A stretch of 64,000 nucleotides of DNA from a virus (lineage: Duplodnaviria; Caudoviricetes): IMG/VR virus record IMGVR_UViG_3300020577_007160, positions 115,513 to 179,512 of that record; one strand, written 5' to 3'. Both the position numbers and the translations under genes were made by a program. Numbering within the stretch: position 1 is the stretch's first letter; every line of letters begins with the position of its first letter. Below are positions 1 to 9,307 of the stretch, piece by piece. The notes beneath the pieces were generated by a model. The model had not been told where the DNA came from, did not search any database, and saw only the letters and a program-made list of their open reading frames with translations.

Positions 1-91
1 GCATTCCAGAATCAACAATTTCTAATGTGAAATTATTCGCTGTAAGCGGATGTCTTGGCTGTTCTTTTGGTCCAACTATCGGCTCTGCCAT
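1..91 (-). CDS. probable tail tube protein (gp19-like), N-terminal part, runs off window
   Basis: Not in ORF track. ATG at 91 reads MAEPIVGPKEQPRHPLTANNFTLEIVDSGM, resembling the P-x-x-x-x-N-F-x-[LV]-E-I start of T4 gp19-like tube proteins; lies downstream of the sheath gene. Confidence 0.5.
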   Translation of the reverse strand, partial: MAEPIVGPKEQPRHPLTANNFTLEIVDSGM

Positions 92-390
92 TTTTGTATT
101 CCTTTATTTTTGTATAAAACATCTATATATTTTTCTGGATAACGTAAATACATAGGATCTGTATTTATCAAAGTATTTTCGAGTTGACTAAATTGATTAC
201 GAGTTAGAATAAACATATCATATTTTTCATTAAATGCTGTATAACCAAATTGTTTGTCTATGTATTTTAATATAAAAGTTCGATCAGTTCTAAAATAGAC
301 ATAATTAGAATTATAGATCGGAGTAGGAATACTGGATTCTTTTATCCCAAGTTTTCTTTCAAGAATTCTGATTCTTTGTTCAACGTTCAT
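76..390 (-). CDS. leader-tagged small protein (candidate internal head protein)
   Basis: Begins MNVEQRIRILERKLGIKE; unique cargo. Confidence 0.7.
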   Translation of the reverse strand: MNVEQRIRILERKLGIKESSIPTPIYNSNYVYFRTDRTFILKYIDKQFGYTAFNEKYDMFILTRNQFSQLENTLINTDPMYLRYPEKYIDVLYKNKGIQKWQSR

Positions 391-721
391 AACTATATGA
401 AATATATTTCTTATAATTCTGAAAAATTACATTTTCTAGTCTGTACATCAATGCATTTATTTCATCCCTATCAAGGGAATATTCATCCTGAAGATACTCT
501 TTTATTTTAGATTCAGACCGTCTCAAGATAACATTATTCCATTTTCCATTTCTATCAATTATGTCAGAAATATAATATCCAGTAATTTCTTTATAATTAT
601 TTATAATTTCAAAAACAACTTGTTGAGTTTTTTGAAAACTAAGAATATTTTGTTCAGTTAATTTTCGTTGCTTTATTCCAAGTTTGTTCTCAAGAATTCT
701 AATTCTTTGTTCGATATTCAT
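380..721 (-). CDS. leader-tagged small protein (candidate internal head protein)
   Basis: Begins MNIEQRIRILENKLGIKQRKLTE. Confidence 0.7.
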   Translation of the reverse strand: MNIEQRIRILENKLGIKQRKLTEQNILSFQKTQQVVFEIINNYKEITGYYISDIIDRNGKWNNVILRRSESKIKEYLQDEYSLDRDEINALMYRLENVIFQNYKKYISYSYER

Positions 722-800
722 GATTTTATATCAATCCTTTAATATTTGTAATCTTTCAAGATTTTCAACAATTTTCTCTATAATCTAGAGATATAATTAT

Positions 801-1091
801 TTATTCAAAATCTTCTTTAAATTGAATCATATCAAACTTAGTATCTTGTAATACTTTTATTATTTTATCTAGTTTACTGGTATCGGAAATCCATTCAGTT
901 CTTCTTCTCTTTGTTCTTTTTAAATCTTCATATAAGTGATTTAATTGTATTGAAGATGTAGCCAATGAATGCATTATTAATTCTTGAGCCGTATCTCTTT
1001 CATATGCTCCTTCTTTTGGGGAAGAAAATTCTCTGGATTCAGATGATACTCTTTCCTCAAGTTTCAAAATTCTACGTTCTAAGTTTGTCAT
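801..1091 (-). CDS. leader-tagged small protein (candidate internal head protein)
   Basis: Start moved to ATG 1091 (MTNLERRILKLEERVSSE), whose upstream context copies that of the 1461 start. Confidence 0.7.
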   Translation of the reverse strand: MTNLERRILKLEERVSSESREFSSPKEGAYERDTAQELIMHSLATSSIQLNHLYEDLKRTKRRRTEWISDTSKLDKIIKVLQDTKFDMIQFKEDFE

Positions 1092-1472
1092 TGTTTTATC
1101 CTTATTATTTTCCAAATATCTTAGATTTAAATGAAAGAACTTTTTCTTTTACAAAATATTTTGCGATATTCTTTAGTTCTCTAGAAGATAAATTTGTATT
1201 TTTATAGTCTTTCATTAACTCTATTACCGAGTATTCAATTGAAATTGAAAGATCAGACCTAAATTCTTTTAGATCCCAATAAAAATCAATTGCATAAATT
1301 TGCCTTCTTTTGTCAATGCAACCTGAATTATTTACTTCCCAACCATAAATTAAAAACTGATTTTCTATTAGACGATTGAGTTGAGAACCTAAATCTTCTA
1401 AATTAGTTTCAGAATGAAACTTTTCCTCAAGTTTCGAAATTCTACGTTCTAAATTTGTCATTATTTTATCCT
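1052..1472 (-). repeat. 51-bp direct repeat (1052-1102 and 1422-1472) covering translation start and leader
   Basis: AGGATAAAAYAATGACAAAYTTAGAACGTAGAATTTYGAAACTTGAGGAAA, 3 mismatches, 370 bp apart. Confidence 0.9.
1105..1461 (-). CDS. leader-tagged small protein (candidate internal head protein)
   Basis: Begins MTNLERRISKLEEKFHSE. Confidence 0.7.
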   Translation of the reverse strand: MTNLERRISKLEEKFHSETNLEDLGSQLNRLIENQFLIYGWEVNNSGCIDKRRQIYAIDFYWDLKEFRSDLSISIEYSVIELMKDYKNTNLSSRELKNIAKYFVKEKVLSFKSKIFGK

Positions 1473-2857
1473 ATTATCTGAACATCAAACTCATTTGTGG
1501 ACGGTGCTACTGAAAACTTAAATGTCATCGTATTGGTAGTTGTTGATTCATTTGCTACAATAACCTGATCATAAGGGGAAACAACCCTACGCACAGAAGA
1601 TGTTACTCTACGAGTTCCTAGGTTGTGAGTTACGACAATATTTGTAGTTGAACCATCACCAATTTGAGCATTAAATATTCTTGTTCTATATGGGGATTTA
1701 GTTTGAAGAGCATCCCCTGATATTTCTATTGTTACATCATCAACAACAACATCTAACGTATTTCCAGTTTTGGAAAGAGCAGCACCTGCTGTAATCTGAC
1801 CTGCACCAGAAAATTGAATAAATGTTAATGATGTTGTATTTAATGTTATTGGAGCATTCGTAGAAAGTACCCACGATGAGTCAGCCCAAGTAGACCCTTC
1901 ATTTATGAAAACATAAGATCCTGGAGCAGCATCAGCAGAAGAATCAAAATCAACTGCACGAGTTAAAACAAATGGATTAGAACCATCACCAACAGTTGTA
2001 ACAATATAAATACCATTATCTGCACCAGTGGATTGATTCTTAACTAAAATTCTATCATTTACTGCTAGATTAGTTACTCCATCAATTCCGGTATCATTGA
2101 TGCTTCCATTGGCAGAAGCAGTCAATACATTGCTACTGCGAGTAGCAGATAAATTAGCAGTTGTTGCTACTCTTGATGCATCCTTAAATACTAATCCTTG
2201 CTTGGTTGCATCAACATAATCCTTTGTTGCTGCATCAGAACCTACGCTAGGAGCAGCCAATGATGTTATACGCTGCGAATTGAAGGAAACTGCACTCGTG
2301 GGTGCAGCCATCTGATCCAGACGACTAGTACGAACCTGAGTATCAAAATCCGATATCGTAGACGCAGTCTGAGATCCAGTATGGTTTGCTCTTGACAGGT
2401 AATATGATGCTGCCTGTGAATTCAGATTCGTAGCATTAGTGGCAGTAGATGCTGTTCCAGTTAAATTAGCAGTTATTGTTCCTGCTGAAAAATTACCAGA
2501 ACCATCACGTTTGACAATTGCACCATTCGTATTGGCATCAGTTGCTCCATCTAATTTTGTTTTATCTGCTGCGGACATTGATCCTGGATCCGACGTTGAA
2601 GCAGCAGATATTGTTATATTTGGAGTTGATCCCCCACTAGAAGCAATTGGAGCAGATGCAGTTACGGCTGTTACTGTTGATGGAGATCCAGAACTAACCC
2701 ACGTACTACCATTATAGTAGTACATTTGATTTGTTCCCGTATCATAGTATACCTGACCAGTGACAGGACTAGATGGAGGTGATGCTAAATTTTGAATTCT
2801 CGCATTTTGAAGTTCGTTTTTAACGAGATCAATAGAAGAAAGAAATGGTATTGACAT
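1466..2857 (-). CDS. virion fibre/decoration protein
   Basis: S/T/A/G-rich; GQVYYDT..YYNGSTW, DAATKDYVD, DRILVKNQ..NGIY and THNLG motifs typical of phage fibre proteins. Confidence 0.7.
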   Translation of the reverse strand: MSIPFLSSIDLVKNELQNARIQNLASPPSSPVTGQVYYDTGTNQMYYYNGSTWVSSGSPSTVTAVTASAPIASSGGSTPNITISAASTSDPGSMSAADKTKLDGATDANTNGAIVKRDGSGNFSAGTITANLTGTASTATNATNLNSQAASYYLSRANHTGSQTASTISDFDTQVRTSRLDQMAAPTSAVSFNSQRITSLAAPSVGSDAATKDYVDATKQGLVFKDASRVATTANLSATRSSNVLTASANGSINDTGIDGVTNLAVNDRILVKNQSTGADNGIYIVTTVGDGSNPFVLTRAVDFDSSADAAPGSYVFINEGSTWADSSWVLSTNAPITLNTTSLTFIQFSGAGQITAGAALSKTGNTLDVVVDDVTIEISGDALQTKSPYRTRIFNAQIGDGSTTNIVVTHNLGTRRVTSSVRRVVSPYDQVIVANESTTTNTMTFKFSVAPSTNEFDVQIIG

Positions 2858-2866
2858 AATTTTATA

Positions 2867-3358
2867 TTAACTTAAATATGCATTTCCTGCGAAGGAACTA
2901 GAAAACGTAACTACAGCCTGATTCGCATTCGTATGAGTTACCTGTCCATAAACTTTTGTACCAGAAGAATCAAATACTGCAACTGCAGGTCTATAACCAA
3001 GATTATGAGTTATTGTCCAAGTAGAATTAGGAACAGATTGACTATGAGAATACGTGAAATCAATTCCAGATTTATTGGTTATTTTTGACCAGTCTACCTG
3101 TTTTTTCCCGCCAGATTCTCCAGCAAAAAATCCGTCAATTACTGCTTTGTTATAATAATTAGAAAGATCTATTCCCCCTGCAATTATGGCTTCTAATTTT
3201 TGAGAGGAATAAGAACGATCATTTCTTATATTAACGTCGTCAATCATTTGACGTGGATCGATCACATCATACCTGTCCTGAGGATCAAACGGAGAATTAG
3301 GACTTTTATTGAAAATATCCAAATTCTGATCTGTAGACCGTTCGTTGAATACTACCAT
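2867..3358 (-). CDS. virion structural protein (THNLG beta domain)
   Basis: C-terminal STWTITHNLGYRPAVAVFD...VTFSSSFAGNAYL. Confidence 0.6.
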   Translation of the reverse strand: MVVFNERSTDQNLDIFNKSPNSPFDPQDRYDVIDPRQMIDDVNIRNDRSYSSQKLEAIIAGGIDLSNYYNKAVIDGFFAGESGGKKQVDWSKITNKSGIDFTYSHSQSVPNSTWTITHNLGYRPAVAVFDSSGTKVYGQVTHTNANQAVVTFSSSFAGNAYLS

Positions 3359-3391
3359 TTTATTGCTTAGTAAATATCTTGTGCTAAATTC

Positions 3392-3616
3392 TCAAATGAG
3401 AATTAATTCGATATCTGAAATAAGTTCTGAAACACGAGAATCTAATTTAAAAATTCTTAATTCCCCTTTATACTCTTTTTTAAGAAGAACTAATTTTTTG
3501 TAAAATTCATCTAATCTTTCATACTCATCATCTAACGCTCCGTTGCCCTCGTTGATTTTATTATTTTTACTAACTTTCGATTCTAAAAATCGAATTCTAC
3601 TTTCAATTGAATTCAT
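3392..3616 (-). CDS. leader-tagged small protein (candidate internal head protein)
   Basis: Begins MNSIESRIRFLESKVSKNNKINE. Confidence 0.7.
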   Translation of the reverse strand: MNSIESRIRFLESKVSKNNKINEGNGALDDEYERLDEFYKKLVLLKKEYKGELRIFKLDSRVSELISDIELILI

Positions 3617-3617
3617 C

Positions 3618-4181
3618 TTAATCCTGTTTTATCGTTAATTTAAAATACAATTTTGTACCAGTAAGAATTGACTTTGAAGACATATCATCTTTCGTGACAA
3701 AAATTCCAACCAATACTCTTGTATCTTTATAACTCTGAATATTCAGATTTATTTCCTTCAATTGAGCCATTGCAATAACTTCTGTTCCACGTTTTACTGT
3801 TTTATAATCTGTTGCTGCAACATCAATATACCCTGCGAAGTCTTCCCAGTCTAAACTCGCACCCATGTCAAACTTAGTGTTGATTGCTCCTGAAACATAA
3901 GTTGTGTCTGATGGAGTAAAGAATAACAGAGATCCTGGAATTTTATGGGGCGTAGTGACAGTATTGGCACTTTGTTCAAAAATATGGAGTTGTTTTATTT
4001 GAAACGTTCCCCCATAACGAATTGATGCACCATTGAATAACATTGCTTCTGCAGCAATTCGATCGGGTTCTAGGGTTATGTTTCCAACATATTCATATGA
4101 ACTATCAATATGAACAATCATCCTCCCAAATTTTCCACGGTAATTCCTGGCATACCCTTCGTTGTTTTCTGTTGCTGACAT
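3618..4181 (-). CDS. hypothetical protein, probably structural
   Basis: 187-aa beta-rich ORF tightly packed in the fibre cluster. Confidence 0.5.
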   Translation of the reverse strand: MSATENNEGYARNYRGKFGRMIVHIDSSYEYVGNITLEPDRIAAEAMLFNGASIRYGGTFQIKQLHIFEQSANTVTTPHKIPGSLLFFTPSDTTYVSGAINTKFDMGASLDWEDFAGYIDVAATDYKTVKRGTEVIAMAQLKEINLNIQSYKDTRVLVGIFVTKDDMSSKSILTGTKLYFKLTIKQD

Positions 4182-4184
4182 AAT

Positions 4185-5633
4185 TTAACTTAGTGCAATA
4201 GGAATTATTCCGGCTTGAACTTCTTTACCATAGGTATCACACCTATCAATATTTATATAACCATAAGATAATGATAATGGTGGTTGGATTGCCATAGGTA
4301 GATTATGCTTAACTTTTATTTCAATATAGTCTCCGAGTTCCAAAACAATCCGATCTGTACCCTGACATGAAGACCGAAAGTGATAATTGTTATCGGGTTG
4401 TAATCCTGTAATTACGCCAATATCATAATCAAGAACAGAATATTGGAGACCATTACGAAATAACCCATACCTAATATTGTATTCTGTTCCTGTTCCTAAT
4501 CCATCATTACCATAATCAAAAACATAGAAAAAACTAATAGTATATATTCCAGGAACCTGTGGATAAAATTTCCATTTTGTAGAAGTCTTATAAACAAGGT
4601 CTCCACGAATTACTTCAACATAATTGAATAATAGAGTACTCCAAGCACCAAAATTAAATGTTTGAGCAGGATTAGCAATCCAACGGACATTAACTCCCAT
4701 ATCAAAGAAATATTCTTCTGGAGGAAAGTTCAAAATATCCCAATGAATTGTTCCAATTTCTGTTAATAATTCTCCTATATCTTGTTCACTATTAAGAACA
4801 AGATAATCATCATAATTCATGAACCTTCTTCCTTTAAAATAAAGGATTTGCCCCTCAACATAAAATCCACTAATAACATCAAAATTATCATGAGAATGAG
4901 AAAATTTTCTCAATACTTCCAAGTAATTTACTATAGCAGATTTAAACTTGTTGAATTCTATTTCAGATAATAATTCAGTATGAGTATGTTCCCTAGGGGG
5001 AAACTGAGAAGGTACGTTCTTTATATCTTGATATGCTACTGGGATTTGATTTCCTACTGAACCATCAGGATTTATATAAGAAGACTTTCTCATATAATTT
5101 TCCAGAATGGATGCTAATTGTTCCTGAGTTACTAAGTTCGATGGTAATTGTAATTTCTTGTCAGCAATTTGATATATCTTTATATCTAAAGAAGAAATAG
5201 TTAAAGCAATTGATTTAAATATTTCATGACTGAATGCTAAATTAAAATGATCTGCTTTATTGAGGTAAATCTCAAAATCATATTCTTTTGTTAAATCAGT
5301 AGTATTACTAATTACTCCGCTTCCATTTAAATTATATTCTATTCTATCCAAAAGACCTTGATAAATTCCATTAATATATTTTAATACTAATAAAGCAATA
5401 GTAGTATTCGCAAGGTCTAATAACGCATTTATACTAAATACAAACTTTAATTTAACATGGTAATACCCACCTTCAAGACTCGAATAAATAAAAGGTATAT
5501 TCTGAAGTAAATTATTAGCATTATACGTTTGCTTCAATGGCAGAAATATGTCATGACCTTCTCCCAATCTCTTAGGAATAAGCATTGACAAATTTGAATC
5601 AGAATAATTATGAACTAATAATTCGTCTCTCAT
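4185..5633 (-). CDS. fibre/receptor-binding protein with C-terminal C1q/TNF-like domain
   Basis: PSQFPPREHTH and HSHD HxH fibre motifs; C-terminal F-x-P-x-V-P-G-I-Y...LFRNG...LELGDYIEIKV C1q-like pattern. Confidence 0.6.
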   Translation of the reverse strand: MRDELLVHNYSDSNLSMLIPKRLGEGHDIFLPLKQTYNANNLLQNIPFIYSSLEGGYYHVKLKFVFSINALLDLANTTIALLVLKYINGIYQGLLDRIEYNLNGSGVISNTTDLTKEYDFEIYLNKADHFNLAFSHEIFKSIALTISSLDIKIYQIADKKLQLPSNLVTQEQLASILENYMRKSSYINPDGSVGNQIPVAYQDIKNVPSQFPPREHTHTELLSEIEFNKFKSAIVNYLEVLRKFSHSHDNFDVISGFYVEGQILYFKGRRFMNYDDYLVLNSEQDIGELLTEIGTIHWDILNFPPEEYFFDMGVNVRWIANPAQTFNFGAWSTLLFNYVEVIRGDLVYKTSTKWKFYPQVPGIYTISFFYVFDYGNDGLGTGTEYNIRYGLFRNGLQYSVLDYDIGVITGLQPDNNYHFRSSCQGTDRIVLELGDYIEIKVKHNLPMAIQPPLSLSYGYINIDRCDTYGKEVQAGIIPIALS

Positions 5634-5641
5634 GCTACCTT

Positions 5642-5678
5642 AAAATAAAAGGGATCTCCATTTTCAAGAAGATCCCTT
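5642..5678 (-). terminator. intrinsic terminator
   Basis: AAGGGATCT/AGATCCCTT stem followed by a T-rich tail. Confidence 0.75.
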
Positions 5679-5721
5679 GTCAATTAACAATTGAAAATTA
5701 AAACTTCTAATAAAATAAGAA

Positions 5722-6156
5722 TTAATGTTGGTTTGCGTAATTAACAATGTAATCTGAAATCCAAGAACAATCTCCGAATCTTAGTCTCCACATCGCCATT
5801 TTTCCTAAATCCGCGGGAAATGGTTTATTAAAAACAAGAGCAATATCGGAACGACCACCAGAAGTCTTAAGAAGATAAGCTCCTCTGAATAATTCACTTG
5901 GGGATTTTGAGGTTGCAATATCTTCGTCGAATAACATTTCAGAAACTCCGTCGATCCATTCATTTGGATTTCCCCCTGCTCCCAAAAGAACAATCCCCTT
6001 AGAATTAGATCTTTCCATAAGATTTTCAAATCTATAAAAGTTGATAGGTTTGATATTCCAATTGGAATAATTTCCTCGCAAAGTTTCTACAACTTTTCTA
6101 GTATTAATTCCTATTTTTTCTTCTAATCTACTTATTCTGCGTTCTAAGTTTGTCAT
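5722..6156 (-). CDS. leader-tagged protein with globular cargo domain
   Basis: Begins MTNLERRISRLEEKIGINTRKVVE; cargo GIVLLGAGG..EWIDG...GKMAMWRL...WISDY. Confidence 0.75.
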   Translation of the reverse strand: MTNLERRISRLEEKIGINTRKVVETLRGNYSNWNIKPINFYRFENLMERSNSKGIVLLGAGGNPNEWIDGVSEMLFDEDIATSKSPSELFRGAYLLKTSGGRSDIALVFNKPFPADLGKMAMWRLRFGDCSWISDYIVNYANQH

Positions 6157-6176
6157 CGGGTTTTAAAATTAAAAGA

Positions 6177-7655
6177 TTAAACAACATTAACGTCAAACCC
6201 ACCAACCATTTGAACAAGATTAACGTAGACTGTTTCAGCAACTTCTGCGAAGTTCATATAAATGTCAACGACTAACTGACGATTCTGACGAACATTCACA
6301 TCATTGTTTGTTGCATCACAAGTCACCCGAACATTATTATCATATCCATTTTCGCGTTCAAACATCCCCTTTGTGAATTGAGACGATAAGAATATATTTA
6401 TAGCATTTTGAATCTGAGCTCGTGTGCGATCATTATTCTGACGTTGTTCGTATTCTCCAAGAGTTTGACGAAACGTAGAAATCAAGAAATTGATTGAACG
6501 TCGAATATGGATAGAATAATGTTTCGATGTTGTGGAAAGAGTTCTTGAGGTTCGGGTAACAAATCCCTTACCTTTATAATACTGAATAACATTCCAACCA
6601 TTGGTATGAACCATTACTTCAATAGCGGAATTCGACAATTCATATTTTTGTCCTAGAACACCAAAAATTGAGGCTCTCAATCCTGCAGGTGGTACGAAAG
6701 CATTACCACCCTCCGAAATGCATTGACGAATATAATATGCTCCGATAACGCCTCCCAAATTCGGAATCCATTGCTGTGCCCCTCCAGAGAAATAATTAGC
6801 AACTTTAGTCCAGTTGAAATATCCTGCTAAGAAAGATTTACTTATATTCAAAGCAGAATATGTTGTTGACAAGTCTGAAGTAGTAGAAGCATATGTTGCA
6901 GCAATCAATCCCATGCAGTCGTTTCTACCAGAACAATATGTTTCCAATGCCTGATGATCTGTCAATGCCGTCCATTCTGGTGCGAACAGCATTTGAACAG
7001 AATAGTTATCTAAATAACCATATTCTGTTGCTGATAAATTAGTAGGAGCAGTAGGATTTGTACCAGTTGCCAATGCTGTTTTTGTGCATGCTGCAAGAGT
7101 GTAGGATCCAGTAATGACAGCTTTTACGTAACGACTCTGGGATTGAAGAGTCCCTTCAATTGTGCCAGTAGTCAATCCTCCAATGGACTCTACTAAAACA
7201 TCAGAACCTGAAGTAGAATCATAAACATTGCATTTCCACGCTGAGCCATCAGCAACAACCTCTACCTTATAATTATTAGTATAAGTCCCTTGGGACTCAT
7301 CCCCATAATATGCTGCTGTGAATGTTATCTGATTCGGGGATGTTCCAAAGGCAATTACACCACCTGTGCCCAATGCACCTGAATTCGCAGGACGCAGGCA
7401 ATATACATTAATATCATTAGGAGCAGCGTTCGCAAATAATGCTCTTATTTCATAATAAGAAACTAATTGGGATGCCGTAGTAACCGGACCAAAAATTATT
7501 TCATAATCTTTTAAAGATGAAATAAAAATGACCTTATTTACTGGTCCGCGTAATGATTTAACAATTACCCCTACGTTAGTTATATCTGCAGGAGTTAGCA
7601 CCGGACTGCTTGGTCCGGCTAATTCTCTAACTTGTAATCCAATAGGTTGTGCCAT
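6177..7655 (-). CDS. contractile tail sheath protein (gp18-like)
   Basis: RGPVNK..ISS..YE.IFG N-terminus, PPAG, IHIRR, VTCDATNN, AETVYV C-terminal sheath motifs. Confidence 0.9.
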   Translation of the reverse strand: MAQPIGLQVRELAGPSSPVLTPADITNVGVIVKSLRGPVNKVIFISSLKDYEIIFGPVTTASQLVSYYEIRALFANAAPNDINVYCLRPANSGALGTGGVIAFGTSPNQITFTAAYYGDESQGTYTNNYKVEVVADGSAWKCNVYDSTSGSDVLVESIGGLTTGTIEGTLQSQSRYVKAVITGSYTLAACTKTALATGTNPTAPTNLSATEYGYLDNYSVQMLFAPEWTALTDHQALETYCSGRNDCMGLIAATYASTTSDLSTTYSALNISKSFLAGYFNWTKVANYFSGGAQQWIPNLGGVIGAYYIRQCISEGGNAFVPPAGLRASIFGVLGQKYELSNSAIEVMVHTNGWNVIQYYKGKGFVTRTSRTLSTTSKHYSIHIRRSINFLISTFRQTLGEYEQRQNNDRTRAQIQNAINIFLSSQFTKGMFERENGYDNNVRVTCDATNNDVNVRQNRQLVVDIYMNFAEVAETVYVNLVQMVGGFDVNVV

Positions 7656-7684
7656 GGTTCTTTATTTCAAATTATAAAAAATGT

Positions 7685-8074
7685 TTATCTATTCAATATT
7701 CTTTTCGCATAAGATAATCTAATACTCCAACCCGAAGCATCGGGGTCACCAGCACAGTCTTCATCATCCGTAACCCATGCCTGATCATCATCAATGGAAC
7801 AAATCCAAAGTTTTCCATAGGATCCAAAATCAACATAATCTCCAGGTTCTATTTCATCAATATCTATATTTTCTGAAAATCTAGATTCTTTTACCTTAGA
7901 TTTCTGTTTTTTCCATTTATTGAAGGCAATTATATATTCTCTTTCAGAATTAAATTTTCCTCCAGTTTCTTTTTCAAATTGTTTTAATTCTTTATCAGAA
8001 GCATCTTGATAAAGAGATTTTCCTTCTTTCAATACTTTTGATTCAAGTCTTCTGATTCTTTGTTCAATGTTCAT
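7685..8074 (-). CDS. leader-tagged small protein, possibly two cargo domains
   Basis: Start moved to ATG 8074: MNIEQRIRRLESKVLKE; internal KVKES/RFSE linker before an SH3/KOW-like segment (IEPGDYVDF). Confidence 0.7.
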   Translation of the reverse strand: MNIEQRIRRLESKVLKEGKSLYQDASDKELKQFEKETGGKFNSEREYIIAFNKWKKQKSKVKESRFSENIDIDEIEPGDYVDFGSYGKLWICSIDDDQAWVTDDEDCAGDPDASGWSIRLSYAKRILNR

Positions 8075-8075
8075 T

Positions 8076-8741
8076 TTAATTTCCTTCAACAAAAGTATTT
8101 GTATTAACTATAAAACTCAATATTCGTAGATAATCTACTGGTTTCGTAGAATATAACGAAGTCTCAATTTTAATTGTTTGAATTGCTCTGAATTTATTTG
8201 AATCCTCTTCCACATTTTGAGTAATTGGATCCATCTTAACAGTATGATTTATTCCAAAAAGATTTATATATTGTTGATTATAATCATCTTCCACCATCTT
8301 ATAATACAATAAATCTTTTAATATTCGGTGATCAATCCAACTATCAGAAATTCCTTCAATTTGATATTGAAATGCTACTCTACGAATGGCTCGATGTTGA
8401 CTTGCGATATCAGTATCTTTATCAAAAGTGGATTCAGTATCAGTATAGGGCATTGTCTCTCTGAGATCTTCTTCATCCAAAGGAGAAACCAAAATAAACG
8501 GATATGTTAATTTTGGGTTCTGCCTAAGAATTGTTTCTACTGTTAATTGTTTTTCATATATGTTTGAATATCTAAATATTACCGGAACATATTGAGCCGG
8601 AACATTAGCATTAGAACCATCCAGTATCTCAAGATTTACTTTTGAAGTATCAGTTGAATCCAGAGAGACAATCCATTTGAAATATCTTGTTTGAAGGTAT
8701 TTCATGAACTCAATGTCTATTTCATAGATTTGAGTATACAT
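8076..8741 (-). CDS. probable tail completion/terminator protein (gp15-like)
   Basis: Position upstream of sheath; YVPVIF, YPFI and FQYQI pattern. Confidence 0.4.
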   Translation of the reverse strand: MYTQIYEIDIEFMKYLQTRYFKWIVSLDSTDTSKVNLEILDGSNANVPAQYVPVIFRYSNIYEKQLTVETILRQNPKLTYPFILVSPLDEEDLRETMPYTDTESTFDKDTDIASQHRAIRRVAFQYQIEGISDSWIDHRILKDLLYYKMVEDDYNQQYINLFGINHTVKMDPITQNVEEDSNKFRAIQTIKIETSLYSTKPVDYLRILSFIVNTNTFVEGN

Positions 8742-8764
8742 ATATTTGTTAATTATAAATCCAA

Positions 8765-8869
8765 TTAAATTTTATTAACAAATTCTTTTCCATCTTCTTC
8801 TAAATTTTTAAAATTTAAGTATTTCACTCTTAAATCAAATTTAATTGCTTCCCTTAATAAATGCCTCAA
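8765..8869 (-). CDS. possible 34-aa protein
   Basis: TTG start overlapping the upstream TGA (TTGA); MRHLLREAIKFDLRVKYLNFKNLEEDGKEFVNKI fills the gap. Confidence 0.3.
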   Translation of the reverse strand: MRHLLREAIKFDLRVKYLNFKNLEEDGKEFVNKI

Positions 8870-9297
8870 ATAAAATCTCGATTTAAAACTTCAACCTCAT
8901 AATTTTCTTTTTTTGAAGAATTAAAAAGATTTTTAACAGACCAAGCAATAGAAGCCATATCTAAATTATCTTTAATAGCATTTCCATCTTTATCTATCCA
9001 AATTTCCCCAAACGTTCTGTTGCTCCCATTTCCCCAATTAAAAATATTTCCGGAACATACTCTAAATTTAATTCCAGATGGGCTACTATAAAAGCGCATT
9101 TCTCCTAAATATTCTGCATATTTAATATTTTTTCTTTGTATCTTTTTTACAAAATACTGATATACATTTTCTGCAATTTCAGGAGTAGTTTTAGTCGCAT
9201 AATATTTGCCTGGAACAACTATATTATTCTGATGATTTAATCTTCCTTCTTTTAATATTTTTCTTTCAAGCCTCAAAATACGTTGTTCAATGTTCAT
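8866..9297 (-). CDS. leader-tagged small protein (candidate internal head protein)
   Basis: Begins MNIEQRILRLERKILKE. Confidence 0.7.
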   Translation of the reverse strand: MNIEQRILRLERKILKEGRLNHQNNIVVPGKYYATKTTPEIAENVYQYFVKKIQRKNIKYAEYLGEMRFYSSPSGIKFRVCSGNIFNWGNGSNRTFGEIWIDKDGNAIKDNLDMASIAWSVKNLFNSSKKENYEVEVLNRDFI

Positions 9298-9307
9298 TTT
9301 GGTTTCC

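Noticed and set aside
730-800. Coding-like fragment IEKIVENLERLQILKD between tagged genes
   Set aside because: No start codon and in-frame stops upstream; at most a relic
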